Shown here: piece after piece, positions 25,401-38,718 of the stretch
Layout: each line of letters starts with the position of its first letter
How positions within the stretch are numbered: position 1 is the first letter of the stretch
Source of the DNA: Azolla caroliniana
Taxonomy: Eukaryota > Plantae > Polypodiophyta
NCBI GenBank assembly: GCA_043228905.1
Contig: JBHGNT010000008.1
Coordinates: 17,422,001-17,486,000 of the forward strand
DNA: 64,000 nucleotides
Direction: 5' to 3'
Translations under genes and position numbers: made by a program
Notes under the pieces: model-generated
What the model was told of the DNA's origin: nothing
Seen by the model: only the letters and a program-made list of their open reading frames with translations
Database searches by the model: none

Positions 25401-27069
25401 TTGGTTAAGTTCATAAAGGATTCAAAGCAATTCCAAAGAAGTCATTTAGCTATATATCAATATGCGAGGGATGCATCTGCAACAAGCAATGTCGATAGAA
25501 GTTTCCAATAGGCAAACAGAAAAGGACGGAAAGACCGCTACAAGTAATTCATTCAGAGTTATGTGAACCGATGCAATCTCTATCAATAGATGGTAACAAG
25601 TATTTTATTTCATTTATAGATGATTTCACAAGATTCATTGTATTATACTTTCTTAAGAAGAAATTAGGAGCGTACAATGCATTTACAAGTTACAAAGCAT
25701 ATGTAGAAACTCAATGTCAACTTAATCTTGACTATTCATACCGACAATGGAGGGGAGTATTTTAGTTATCAATGGATGAGGTTTTGTGAAAAAAAGGGAA
25801 TAAGGCATGAGCATACTATACCATACAACCCACAATAGAATGGTATAGCTGAGCGTAATAATCAATGCATGTCTGATCCAAGTTGTCGGGTTGCCACTGC
25901 ATGTTACCTCCAAAACCGATCACCACATAAGATACTTGGTTTGGAAACACGATATTCACTTCGGTTTAAGCTTAAAACTAACCTTAGTCATCTCCGACTG
26001 TTTGGTTCTATCTCTTACAGTCATGTACCTACAAACAAAAGGAAGAAATTAGATCCTCAAACTAAAAAATGTATTTTTATTGGATATGGTGAATGTTCTA
26101 GACTTAAAGCATACAAATTATTTTATCTACATACATGCAAGTTTTTCTTTAGTCAATCAGTCATATTTGATGAAATTAGTGTACTTGCGCAAAAACAACA
26201 TGACATATGTGACTTTAAGCCAAATTTAAAGATTAATTATCTAATTTCTCCAAATGTTTCCCAAATAGAAATTTACAGTGGTCCGATCACAAGGAGTTTC
26301 TCGAAGCAGTTTCAACATCGCAAACTCGCAGAAGTTCTAGCAGAAGATGAGTATGAAGGAGTAACTTATTACCTATACAACATTCCAACCTACTAGGCTA
26401 ACAAACAAGCTCCTAGATCATTGGACAAGGATCATTTACGCGAGCAAATGGGAAATGAAAACATACAAGAGATGCTGACAATAGATAATGAAAAGAAAGA
26501 TTGGTCGCGGAAATCTCATCAAAATCGTGAAATTTATAGAGACATATTAGTGAAAGATTAGAAAGGGTAACTGATAGAAGAGAAAGTTGATGGCGAATGA
26601 AAATTCCTGAAAGTCGACAGAATAAAGAGGTTGAATTCATCCCCGCATCAACATTTATGATGAAGCCGTATGAAGACGAACATCTTCAACATGATCATCT
26701 TCCACAAAATCAGCATGATCATCCTCCACACGGTCAACAATCTCTCGATCATCTACATGATAAACAACTCGACCACGACCAACACCTCGACCACCATCAC
26801 CACCAGCTCGGCCACCATCAACACGGCCAATAACAACGCAACCACCATCAGCACAGTGGTGTCACCATCAACACGACCACCACTAGCATCATCACGGACA
26901 TTAGCAACCTTGTGATCAGCCACAAAACATGGAGAAACAACATCGCCATCTACACCACGACTAGTAGGAGCACTCAGTTTTTCTTGCATCAATGTGGTAT
27001 GTTGCATTAACCTTGCTATTTTCATACTCTATTATATTGAAACTACAATGCTTAGTTCGTAATTTTATT

Positions 27070-27750
27070 TGGGGTGCCCCTTTGGGATGAAGGGCTATTA
27101 TAAAAGTTGCTTAGTCGGTTTTAATCCGGCCAATACGTGAAGGTGGACTGGGCTTAGCAGATCCTTTGCTCCAAAGTAAGGCCCTTCTCTCAAAGAATGT
27201 TTTGAGAGGATTTATCCCTGGGAATGAGTTGTGGAAAAAGTTATGGTTGTTATCTCTTCATAACATTAAGCCTACAATAGGAGGACAGTGGCGGGATTCT
27301 TTTCGATGGTTGTTTAACTTTGAATTTCCAATTATGGCTCATCATGTTGGTTCTATGAGATTCTTTACAACTATCTTGAGGGCATGGAAGGACGTTAGAG
27401 AGGCATCCTATTTCAATTTCTAGTGACAGAAGCCCAAAATTTAAGGCAACCATTGTCATGGAATCCTTTGTTTCCTAATAGCTCTAGTTGTGTTTTAGGA
27501 ATTAGACTATGTTTATCGTGAGGAAAAATGGACGCAGGACCAGCTAAATTTGTGGTTGCTTGGGAGTGGTTTCAACTGCTCTTGGAGGAGAACAAAACAT
27601 AATTTTTATCTTCATTGCGTGGGAGTTGTTTGATGTGCGATCAGATTCAACAGGCTTTTCAAAATTGTCAAAGGCAAATTAATTTGGCTAATACTTATAC
27701 ATGGTATGGTCTTCTCTTTCCTTTGCATGTTTTCTTGTTGAAGGTCATTC
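27070..27750 (+). pseudogene. degenerate L1-like LINE ORF2 fragment
   Basis: F.WG..., then EGGLGLADP..QSKALLSK motif typical of the region after L1 RT; many stops. Confidence 0.6.
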
Positions 27751-28589
27751 TGCCCACTCTCGTTAATTGGTCATAAAATATATGTATGTAGTATGTAGCA
27801 TGTAGCATGTAGAAAGTAGTATCAATATGTACTATGAAGTGTGTAATATATATGATAATATATTATATGCCTTTTTATAACACGCTTAAAATAATATAAT
27901 GTAAATTTTCATGATGATATATATTTTCTCAAATCGATTTAAATTTTAAACAATAACCTTTATTAAAATCTCTAAGAATGTAGACTTTGGGTTTGATTTG
28001 AATGTTTTATTAATCTATTTTTTTAATACTTATTAGTAATTACTATGCTTTATTAAAATTTTAAGGTTAGTATAGAAAAGGTGAATATTAGGTAGCAAGT
28101 TATTGTTCACTTAAAAGTTATTGATTTTATATGTAGTTGTTGTGCAAAGCAATAGAGAAAGGCATCCTTCAAGCTTCAACATTTTGGACCTACATTTTTT
28201 AAATGAGCATTATTATCTATCATATTATGTAATATCAACAAGTTATTATATAATATAGTTTTTGTATTACCTAATCAATGACTTTTAGTTTTTGTATTAC
28301 CTCTATCATATTAAAATGAAATACTTTTAGTACATTTTTAGATGTCTATTATTTAAATATTTTTAGGGGAAAAACAAAGAATAAAGCACACCAACATTCT
28401 AGCAAGAGTCTGTTTTGCAAGTGAGCACATATTAATATTACTCCAAATAATGAGCACGAGGTTGTTACAAACACAAATGGATTGAGATCTTCTTCTAATA
28501 AACAAAAAAGAAACTAGAGAAACCAATGGACTTTGCTTTACCCATGGGCATATGTGACAAAATCCTTATTAGGTGATGATAAAATCAAA

Positions 28590-31475
28590 TGCATGTGGTC
28601 CAATACTCCTTATAGCCAAATACACTTGGAAAGGTGTGTGGACTACTTGGCTGGAAAGCAGAATAGAACAACCTTTCATTCCAGACCTCTGATGAGAAGA
28701 GAGCATGCTTTAGAGCTGGTTCACATAGATGTGTGCTATGTGGATGCCCCATCACATCGTGGAGGACAATATTTTGTCACATTTATTGATGAATTCAGTA
28801 GGAAGGTGTGGGCTTATGTGCTGGTGTCTAAAGACCAAGTGTTGTCGGTCTTTAAAGAGTTTCATGCAAGGGTGGAAAGAGAATCTGTAAAGAAGATGAA
28901 AGTTGTCCGGACAGATAACAGTGGTGAATATAGAGGCCAATTTGAGATGTATTGCAAAACTCAAGGCATCAAACTTGAGTATACAATGCCGAAGACACCT
29001 GAGCTAAATGGTCTAGCAGAAAGAATGAATCAGACTATAATGGAGAGGGTAAGAAGCATGTTGGCGCATGCAAAACTGCCAAAGTCGTATTGGGTTGAGG
29101 CAATGTTGACGGTTGTTTGTCTCATAAACAGATCTCCATCAGTGCCTCTAAAGGGGAATGTACCACACAGGGTGTGGACAGGAAGGAATGTGTCTTATCA
29201 GCACTTAAAGGTGTTTGGATGCTTGGCCTATGTACATGTTGCTAAAGATCAGAGGTCAAATCTGGACAGCAAGTCCAAACCCTATATATTCTTGGGGTAC
29301 TCTTTGGGTACAGGATGTGGGATCTCCTTGATAAGAAGGTGATAAGAAGTCGTGATGTTATATTCATGGAAGACAAGACAATCGAAGACTGGAAAAAACA
29401 GAGACCAGAGTCGTCTTACCAATCGACTACTACTACGGAGTCGACACTAGTCGACCCCACTCCCACAAAACCAGTCGGTAGACTACAGCCGATTGATGAA
29501 GCCGAATCTGAGTCGGTTGACACTCAACAACAAACAGATGCTCACGAATCTGAGTCGGAAGATGAGCTGGCAGAAGAAACCGAATCTGAGCCGATTGGTG
29601 AAGGAAGAAGATATCCACGAAGACAAAGGAAGGCCTCCTCTAGATATCCAGCGAGTCAATATATCCTCTTGATTGATGAAGGGGAACCAGAATGCTATGA
29701 AGAGGCCATGATTGATGTACACAAGGAGAAATGGTATAATGCCATGCAAGAAGAAATGGATTCCTTGCATGAGAACGTAAGTTATGAGTTAATGGAGCTG
29801 CCTGATGGTAAGAAGGCACTTAGAAACAAATGGTTCTACAAATTAAAGACTGGTGAAGACAGAAGTACACCCAGGTATAAGGCCCGTATTGTCGTAAAGG
29901 GCTTTCAATAGAAAAAGGGTGTTGAATTTGATGAGATTTTTGCTCCAGTTGTTTTGAGTATGGCCGTTAGTGTGAATCTTGAAATCGAACAGCTAGATGT
30001 TAAAACAACATTCTTGCATGGTGAGTTAGAAGAGGAAATCTATATGCAATAGCCGGAGGGCTTTAAGGTAAAAGGAAAAGAAAATCTCGTGTGTAGGTTG
30101 AAGAAAAGCTTGTATGGTCTAAAGCAAGCTCCACAACAATGGTATAAGAAATTTGAGTCCTTCATGTTGGAACATGGATTCCACAAAACACAAGCCGATC
30201 ATTGTGTATTTGTGAAAAGGTATAACGAAGGTGATTTTCTTATTCTGTTGTTGTATGTGGATGATATGTTGGTTGTTGGACAGGATGTCAAAAAGATTGC
30301 AAGCTTGAAGAAATCATTCAGCAAATTGTTTGCCATGAAAGACTTAGGACCAGCAAAACAGATTTTGGGAATGCATATAGTCTGGGACAGGACTGAAAAC
30401 ATGCTATGGCTGTCACAAGAGAAATATGTGACAAAAGTTTTGCAAAGGTTTAACTTGTACAATGCAAAATCGGTTGGATCTCCATTGTCGGTGGACTGTA
30501 AGTTAAATTCAGGACAATGCCCGAAAACTGAGAAAGATAAGGCAGAGATGACGAGAGTGTCGTATGCGTCTGTTGTGGGCAGCCTTATGTATGCTATGGT
30601 TTGCACAAGGCTGGGCATTGCATTCGATGTTGGAACAATTAGTCGTTACATGAGTAATCCTAGAAAGGAGCATTGGGCAACCGTAAAATGGATTCTCAGA
30701 TACCTCAAAGGAATTTCAAGTGTATGCCTTAGATATGGCTCCGGCAAACCTATGTTAGAAGGATTCACAGATTCTGATATGTCGGGTGATGTAGACTCTA
30801 GCCGATCCACATCAAGGTATGTGATGACGTACTCAGGGGGAGCTATGTCATGGCAATCAAGACTGTGAAAGGTTGTGGCTTTGTCAACCACCGAGGCTGA
30901 GAATATGGCTGCAGTGGAAGCCGGAAAAGAATTGATCTGGATGAGAGAGTTCTTGAGTGAACTAGGAATGAAGCAAGAGGAATACTTACTTCATTGTGAC
31001 AATCAAAGTGCTATCCATCTAGCTAAGAATGCTACCTACCACTCTCGTACAAAGCACATTCAAAGAAGATATCATTGGTTGCGAGAACGAGTGGAAGAAA
31101 ATGAGTTTGTTCTAGCGAAGATCCACACTAAAGAAAATGGATCCGACATGCTCACAAAAATTCTGTCTATGGAAAAACTCGTTGCGTGTCGAAAAAAGAT
31201 TGGTTCGGTTAACTCTCCCCCTACAGGAGTGAAGGGGGAGTTTGTTATGTAAAGGCATCCCTCCTTGTGGGGGAGTCGGCCAAAAAGTCGACTTAAGAGT
31301 CGGTTGGTCGAAATCGGCTGAGAAGCCGAAATGAGTCGGCTGACCGAAATCAGCTGAAAAGCCAAAAAGAGTCGACTGACCGAATTTGGCCGAAATCGGT
31401 CGGAGAGCAAAAAGAATAATCGAATTGCCAAAGAACCGAATTGACCGAATTCGAACTTAGTCGAATAGGAGTTCA

Positions 31476-31524
<49 letters not shown>

Positions 31525-32083
31525 GTATGTATGAAATGACTTACTATCTATATACTAACAAGCGTGGTAGTGCGTCAATATGTGGGATAACTCACTAGAA
31601 GTAAAATAGTGAGAAAAGGGGGGGAAAATATATAGATCGTTTAGTGAGTGCATGAGATATATATATGTGTGTGAGTGAAAAACGAGAGGTGTGTGCTACG
31701 TGACTCAGAGAACGACTAAGTATATACACAGTAGTGGTTGTGCAAGAGAATATACTCAGAAGCTAAGTGAGAGGAAGAGAGATGGGTGAAACAGCAAAGA
31801 AGAGAGATTAAAATCAGAGAAGCTAAGGAGGCTTCGAACGGAAAGACATCTATGTGTTAGGGTTTCGAATGCTCATCAGAAATTGTAGTTTCAGAGAACA
31901 TTCAGATTAGATCAGGTGCTTTCATTCTATGGTTGTATTTTGTCCTCTATTATAGTGGAAATCTTTGTTCCGTGGTTTTTCCCTAAAATCAGGGTTTTCC
32001 ACGTAAATAGTGTGCTCTTCTTCATTTTTCTGTTTGTGTCTAAGTTTGATATCGAAATTTGTCGGAGTGTTAGAATTCTAACA
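28590..32083 (+). mobile_element. 5'-truncated Ty1/copia element (INT-RT-RH plus 3' LTR), AT-richer relative of family Y
   Basis: ORFs 28533-31252 homologous to family Y; PPT GAAGGGGGAG 31231-31240; LTR TGTTA (31243) to CTAACA (32083). Confidence 0.85.
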
Positions 32084-32528
32084 GTTTCCTTTATGTCTTC
32101 AAAACAAACCAACTACTACTACTAATATTATTACTATTATTATTTTGCTTATTATTATTATTTTCCACACATAGTGTGTACTCCCTACACACAATCCCCT
32201 ACGTTTAACAATCATAATCTGCAATCTATTCGGTGATATTTGACTTTTAGAAGACAATAATAAAATGTGGTTATAACTTATATCTATTGCTCATTGAATG
32301 TGCGCACGTCAATCATAAACTACAGTAGTACGTCAGCAACAAGGGAGGCCTGTGGCTGTCTTATTCAATGCAAGTACAACCAGGATGTTCATTCATAAAC
32401 CACAATTACCAATGGTGGACGATCCCCAATCAAGAGCGTTGTAACTTGTAATCATTTATTCAGTGGATAGATGGTACGTATATGATGATGCTCATCATGC
32501 TATATGACATTTGAGGCACCACCTTAGC

Positions 32529-33239
32529 TCAAGGCAACGTAGCCTCCACACTGGAGGTGAGGGCATCCACCTCCGCCTGGTCAATGCCGAACGTGTTCTG
32601 AAGCACGATGCCTGGCAGTGGTGGCTCGGCGGCAAACAGGGCGGCCGCAAGCTGAGACACCCCTGGATTCTGGCTGTTCAGGGCAGAGATGGCTAACGCT
32701 TCAATCTTCTCGTCGGGGTTGATCTGGAAATGGGGAAGACCACGGGGGAACACGAAGAGATCGCCCGCATACAGTGTGGCCTGGAAGAGGGTGTTGTTGG
32801 TGGAGATAAAGCCGACCGTGAGCGTGCCCTGAGCTAGCAACAGCACTTCGGTGGCACGGGGGTGGACGTGGGGCGGGTTGAGTCCCTTTGGTGGGAAGTC
32901 GATGCGAGCGATGGACAGGCCTAGCGTGTTGAGCCCCGGGAAGTTGTCGACAGAGGCGAGGGTGACGATCGCCTGCACACTATTGTTGGGCCGAGGAGCT
33001 GCGGCCGATGATCGCAGCACGGTGGACGTGAAGTCCTCGGCTGTGACTTTGTAGGCAGGCTTGCATGTGCGCCCGTTGATGGTGATGGCCGTATAACCAT
33101 CATCATCATCATTGGCCACACAAAAATCTTGCAACGGATCCTCGTCTGCTGCGCCCGCAAGATGGCCTGGAACTGTGACACATAAAGCTACAAATAGAAG
33201 CCTGAGAGCGAGCAATACAGAATTGGGGAGGGAAGCCAT
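32529..33239 (-). CDS. germin-like protein, type A copy 2, intact
   Basis: Nearly identical to 4917-5624; all germin boxes and metal ligands (H,H,E,H) retained. Confidence 0.95.
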   Translation of the reverse strand: MASLPNSVLLALRLLFVALCVTVPGHLAGAADEDPLQDFCVANDDDDGYTAITINGRTCKPAYKVTAEDFTSTVLRSSAAAPRPNNSVQAIVTLASVDNFPGLNTLGLSIARIDFPPKGLNPPHVHPRATEVLLLAQGTLTVGFISTNNTLFQATLYAGDLFVFPRGLPHFQINPDEKIEALAISALNSQNPGVSQLAAALFAAEPPLPGIVLQNTFGIDQAEVDALTSSVEATLP

Positions 33240-35268
33240 ATCCTCACTTTCTCGGATAATAGGAGCAATGTGTTGTATATGCTCTAAGCTATGGCAGAGA
33301 TAGAGAGCGAGGCTTGGAAGGGTCTGTTGGAAGGACGATAGAGAGAGATGATGGATGAGGATACAGGCTTAATTCTACACATGTATATATATACGTATTT
33401 AGACATATTCTTGTGTTTCTTGAGTGCCGTATACTCTTGTGTTTCTGTAGCAATGGGGGTGGGTGTGTGGGTGGGTGCGTAGTTGTTTGCTTCCTTCGTC
33501 CGGAAGCTAAGGAGGGAGAGAGAGAGAGATATGTGTGCCGAACTTCTAAGTGTGTGTCTCTGTCTCCGTCTCTTGAGATGCTTCTTATGAACGGAGGACC
33601 AAACTTAATGTTTTTTCAAATATTCTACCACTTTTTGGGGTAGTTCTCTTGACAACATTCAAAACGAACCTTTCGGGGTGTATAAGAAGCTTTACATGTA
33701 ACGCTTGTGAATTCGTAAGCTTTAGGCATATGTAGTGTTTGTGAGTTTGCCATGTAAGTTTTTCACCTCGCCCCTTCCTAATACACACCTCACCTACACA
33801 CCCCCTCGTCGACGTTATCAATACAACATATTCACGTGTCCATGAAAGAACTGTGTGTACATGTTTGCGGGCTTGCTAACCTCTCTATGATTCCTAATGC
33901 ATTCCCCTACATTCCACTACAAAGAATACACAATCTCACCCTCATCATTTTATGGATCCTATCAAACTATGTATGGAACATGTAACTTGTTCTTCTGACT
34001 TTTCACATGATAGGATAGAACCTAAATGTTCTATTCAATAGTAAATACATCTAACATGCATGGCTCTCTCCTATAATTGCATTCAATGTCACAAACTCAA
34101 GCAATATCTTTCAACATATAAGTGACCTCTACAAATTACCTAAATGCATATGTTCAACTATCGGGATGTCTATTGAAATTGGGTTGTCTTCCTACTAGTT
34201 ATTGGAAATTTTGATTCTTCTCCCACAGTGGGCACCACCAATATTGTTCCATCAAGGTTGTGGTAAATGACATTATCATTTGAACTCCTAATCACCATAT
34301 CTGAAGCAAACCACCGGTTTGTAAACTTTAGTATGAGTTGTGTTGGTTGTCGAAGCTCTTATAGTAAACCAACATAAACTCTTCGTTGTTAAATTTTCTC
34401 AATTGAAGGCAATGTCACTATCAAACGATTCTTTGCCTTTGACCCTTTCTTTCTTCGATTGCTCTATGGTTATCTCTATGTCATGGACCTCATTTCAAGT
34501 TGCCTAATCCTTATTGTGAGAAGATCCTCCCCACTCACTTCCTCCCATGGCATAGTGACTACTGAGTAGGTTGGATGGAGCCCATCCCTATGTCACAAAT
34601 TTGAGTGTAATTGGTTTGGTAAGGATTGTTCAAGTTGTCAATAAGGTTCATAATAGGGATCAAGATGCTAGAAGAAGTTCAAAATGGTAGGGATGTGAAA
34701 TGACATCCAAACTGCGAGATGAGTTGTGAATAAAATATCACAAAAGCACAAAAAAGGAGATACACGAGCAATGAGGAAGACAAGTAAATAGAATGGTTGG
34801 TTGTTGAGCTTCTTGAGAACGAAATTGTAAGAGGACATGCTTTCTATAGAATTATGTATGCAAACGATAGACCATTAATGACTGCCACCTTGCAACTCTC
34901 TACATCATGTGACCATTGTTATCACATAATTAGGTGGAATCATTATAGAATATGCTACTGTTGAGAATCAAGCTCAACTTGGTCTAGTGTGTGAACTCAC
35001 CTTGATACTGAATACACACTCCAACGGTCAAGAGTCACCATTATGTCACCTCTTTGTATTCTAGCATTTAGTATGAGTCATAGAATCATATTCTATTACA
35101 CATAACTTATGAGCTTTCACATTCCCCATGCTCCATGAGTCATGTAGTTAATGAAGAGAGAGGGTGACTATATAAAGCACCCTCCTCCCACCATGTATGA
35201 TGTTGAGTCTTTCTCCTTTGTTAATACAATCTACTTTGCGTATTCTTTATGTCTTACTTCTCGTCTCT

Positions 35269-35330
<62 letters not shown>

Positions 35331-38077
35331 CATACACACACACACACATAGTTCACACCTATTTCGCTACACAAGAATCATACCTGATTCTTTACATGGT
35401 ATCAGAGCGATTTGGTAGCTCGATCTAGCCCATTCGCCTCATTATGATCGTGTGTTGTGCTCTACGTCGACGACCAAGAACCGGCTCATCGCTATTGTAG
35501 CTTCGCTACATAGCTCGCATTCGAAGAGAGAAGAAGAAGAAGAAGAAGAAGAATCGACATAATGAATACCTAAATGGGAAGCGCTCTCCCTACCGAGAAG
35601 TTGGATCGAAACAACTTCGCATCTTGGGAGTACAATATGCACCAATACCTTGTCAGACAAGGCTATTGGAACTACATCAAAGGAGAGCACAAAGACCGAC
35701 CCGCTGAAGCGGCTCCCGGATACGCGACATAGGAGCAAGCCCCAAGCCGCGTGATGTATTGCTTGGTGACGTGTGTTCACGATCACATGCTCGGCTACAT
35801 TCGCGAAGCCAAGACGCTGAAGGAGGCAAGGGAAAATCTACGAAAGATTTTTGCGGTGCACACAACCGCAAGAAGGCTTCAACTCCGCCAAGAGTTGAAC
35901 AACATTCAACAACGGGACATGTCTATCACGACATACACCTTGAAGATCAAGGAGCTTTGCGACTCGCTCGACTCGATAAGCGTAAGTACCGATGATGATG
36001 AGATGGTACAAATATTCCTCAGGGGCCTCGCACCACGGTTCGACGCGATGCGAACTACCGTTCTAGCAAGGGAGAAATCTCCCGCCTTCTTCGAGCTCCA
36101 ATCAATGTTATTGGTCGAAGAAAACCACGTGCGTACAAGGAGCAATGAGTCGGAAGGCCACATGCTCTACACGTAGTCGAATGGAGGAAGAGGACGCGGA
36201 TGAGCGAGAGGCTGAATCGGCCAAGGACAAGGCAGACGAGGTTCGACCTACGACAACAACTCCCAATTTCGGCCGCAAAAGGAAGCCAACAAGGAACCTT
36301 CACAAGACGGGGAAGCTTCCACTCCGACCCGAGCCGTCAAAATGCAACTGAATGCAGATATTGCGGAAAGCTCGGCCACCAGGAAGAAGAGTGCCGAAAG
36401 AAGATGCGTGAATCGGCTTCCACAAGTCGACAACTCACGAATTACGAGCATAATTCCGAGTATGGAGAGTATAGTGGAATGTACGGGCACAACTTCGACT
36501 ACGAAGATCGTGGCGGAATGTATGCACACAACTCCGACCGTGGCGGAATGTTCATAATGAAACAAAGAGCAAACTCTATGTCGGCCTCTACCTACACTAG
36601 TGCCCTCAATGCAGAGGACGTATGGTTTGTTGACTCCGAAGCCTCAAACCATATGACATCTCATAAAGAATGGTTTCTCGAACTTCGAGAGCCGGAGCGA
36701 CTTGGCTATGTCGAAACCAGAGATGACACTACGCACCCGATTCGGCACATCGACAATATTCCGTTCGGCAAAAGAGGTAAGCAAACATACATTGAAAATG
36801 TCTTGAATGTTCTGACCATCACGAAGAATTTGGTCTCGGTCGCCCAAATGGTTGAGCAAGGGATCCAAGTACGATTCGACCAAGAAGGGTGCTTCATCGA
36901 AAAAGAGGGCCGAATCATCGCGCACGGAAGAAGAGAGGGCCGGATGTTCATTCTCGATTCGCACGAGATGAAATCTGCCATGTTCGCAAAAAGCACGAAA
37001 GCCGACTCCAACATAGAGTTATGGCACAAGCGAATCGGCCACATCAATATCAACAAACTCAAAGAAATGAAATCGAAAAGAGTCCTCATCGGACTCCCGA
37101 CATTCAAAGAGAAGGAGATTGAAGGCGTATGCAAAGCGTACTAATTCGGCAAGCAACACCGACACCCATTCCCGAAAGAGCGGAACGTGAGCAAAGGTCT
37201 ACTCAATGTAGTTCATTCCGACCTATGGGGACCGGCGCAGACGGCTACATTCGGCGGAGGCCGATATTACGTGCTCTTCATCGACGACTTCTCCAGGCAC
37301 ACTAGGATATACCAAAGCGGTAATAGAGTTAAGTGTTTGGACACTTCCAAAAATTCTAGAATGAAATCGAGAAAGCCACGGGCCGACATGTACGATGTCT
37401 TCGATCGGATGGCGGCAAGAAGTACTTATCGGACGATTTCACAGCGTATCTCCGAAAGGAAGGAATTATGTGAGAATTCACTTGCCGACACGCTCCGTAA
37501 CAAAATGGAGTAGCCGAGTGCAAAAATCGGCACATCCTCGAAGTAGTGTGGGCCATGATGAACGAGAAGCATATGCCCAAGTCATATTGGGCCAAAGCTG
37601 CAAATACGGCCGTCTTCCTAATGAACCGGTGCACAACATCCAGAGTGCACGAGGTCACTCCACACGAAAAATACTTCGGAAAGAAGTCGGACTTATCGCA
37701 CACCCAGATATTCGGCGCGATAGCATACGTGCATATCTGATGAAAAGTAGCAAAAGCTAGATCGAAAGTCGGAGAAATGTATCCTCGTAGGATACTCACT
37801 CGAACAAAAGGGGTACAAATGCTACAACCCCTCAACTCGAAAATCTCGCGTAAGTCGAGACGTCGTTTTCGACGAGTCCACATCCTGGTACGCACCAAAG
37901 ACAACTCCGACTCTGACTCCGCTCGACCCGGAATCTGCCGAAGAAGAGATAGAGGATGAAGATAGCCTTACGCTGTCGTAGTGTATTTCGTACACTACGT
38001 GAAAAAGTAAAAATAATATAACCGATTTAATTACATATAAATAAATAAAATAAAAAAATCAAGATATTTATCACGTG

Positions 38078-38147
38078 CATAGGGCAAGATTCGAACCTTG
38101 TACCTCCACGTAGCCAAACCTCAACTTTACCATTATGCTACCTTATA
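38078..38147 (-). other. tRNA-like module in 5' LTR U3 (best-preserved copy)
   Basis: Minus strand: TATAAGG TAGCATAATGG TAAAG...GAGGTA CAAG GTTCGAAT CTTG CCCTATG. Consensus A box, B box, acceptor-like and T-arm stems, T7 run about 20 nt downstream. Confidence 0.75.
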
Positions 38148-38718
38148 TTTAGTGTTCTACAAATAGATTTAATAACTATAAGTGCTTTATTTGCGCCTAC
38201 CTTTATTAAAAGGTAAATCATGTATATTTAGAGTGCGTGAATATTTTATAGAAAAACGCAAGCAACTAAAAAGTGACTCATGCACATCTAGCGTGCATGA
38301 GCACTATATTTAGCAAATAAAAGCAAGGATTAGAAAAGCATCACATGCACATTTAGTGTGCATGAACATATTAGAAAAAAGCATGTAGCTATGCTTAGTC
38401 TCTCCCATCACTATATAAGGATGGGGAGCACATTGTAGTTTTTGTTGATTATTTTTCTATAATGATCAATCAATCTAAAATATTCGTGGGATTCACGAAT
38501 TTGCTAAATATAATTCTCTCTTACTACCTAAATATTGACTAAATATACTAAACTCGTGGGATTCACGAGATTGCTATCTTACTTCTCTTTCTAATAATCT
38601 ATTCATTACTAGCCTCATCTCATATTCTTCTTTCTCCTAGTCCAAAACCTCGGCGGTTCCCACCCGACTCACGCAACGATCCGGAGCCGAAAGGCACGAC
38701 ACAGTTGGTGAACCCGAC

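Larger units (their letters stand above)
11900..26400 (+). mobile_element. old degenerate Ty1/copia internal region (host of the 12200-24202 insertion)
   Basis: PBS-like TGGTATCAAAG at 11900; gag KLTTYNYKMWK resumes after 24207; knuckle near 24715, WFFDT protease, FIDDFTR integrase, KKLDP..KCIFIGY. Confidence 0.75.

Noticed and set aside
26597-26915. His/Gln-rich and Thr-rich short ORFs
   Set aside because: Low-complexity CAC/CAA sequence with no recognisable domain; origin unresolved.
38078-38147. Functional tRNA gene
   Set aside because: No pairable anticodon stem and weak D stem, so reported as tRNA-like only; the same applies to the other modules.
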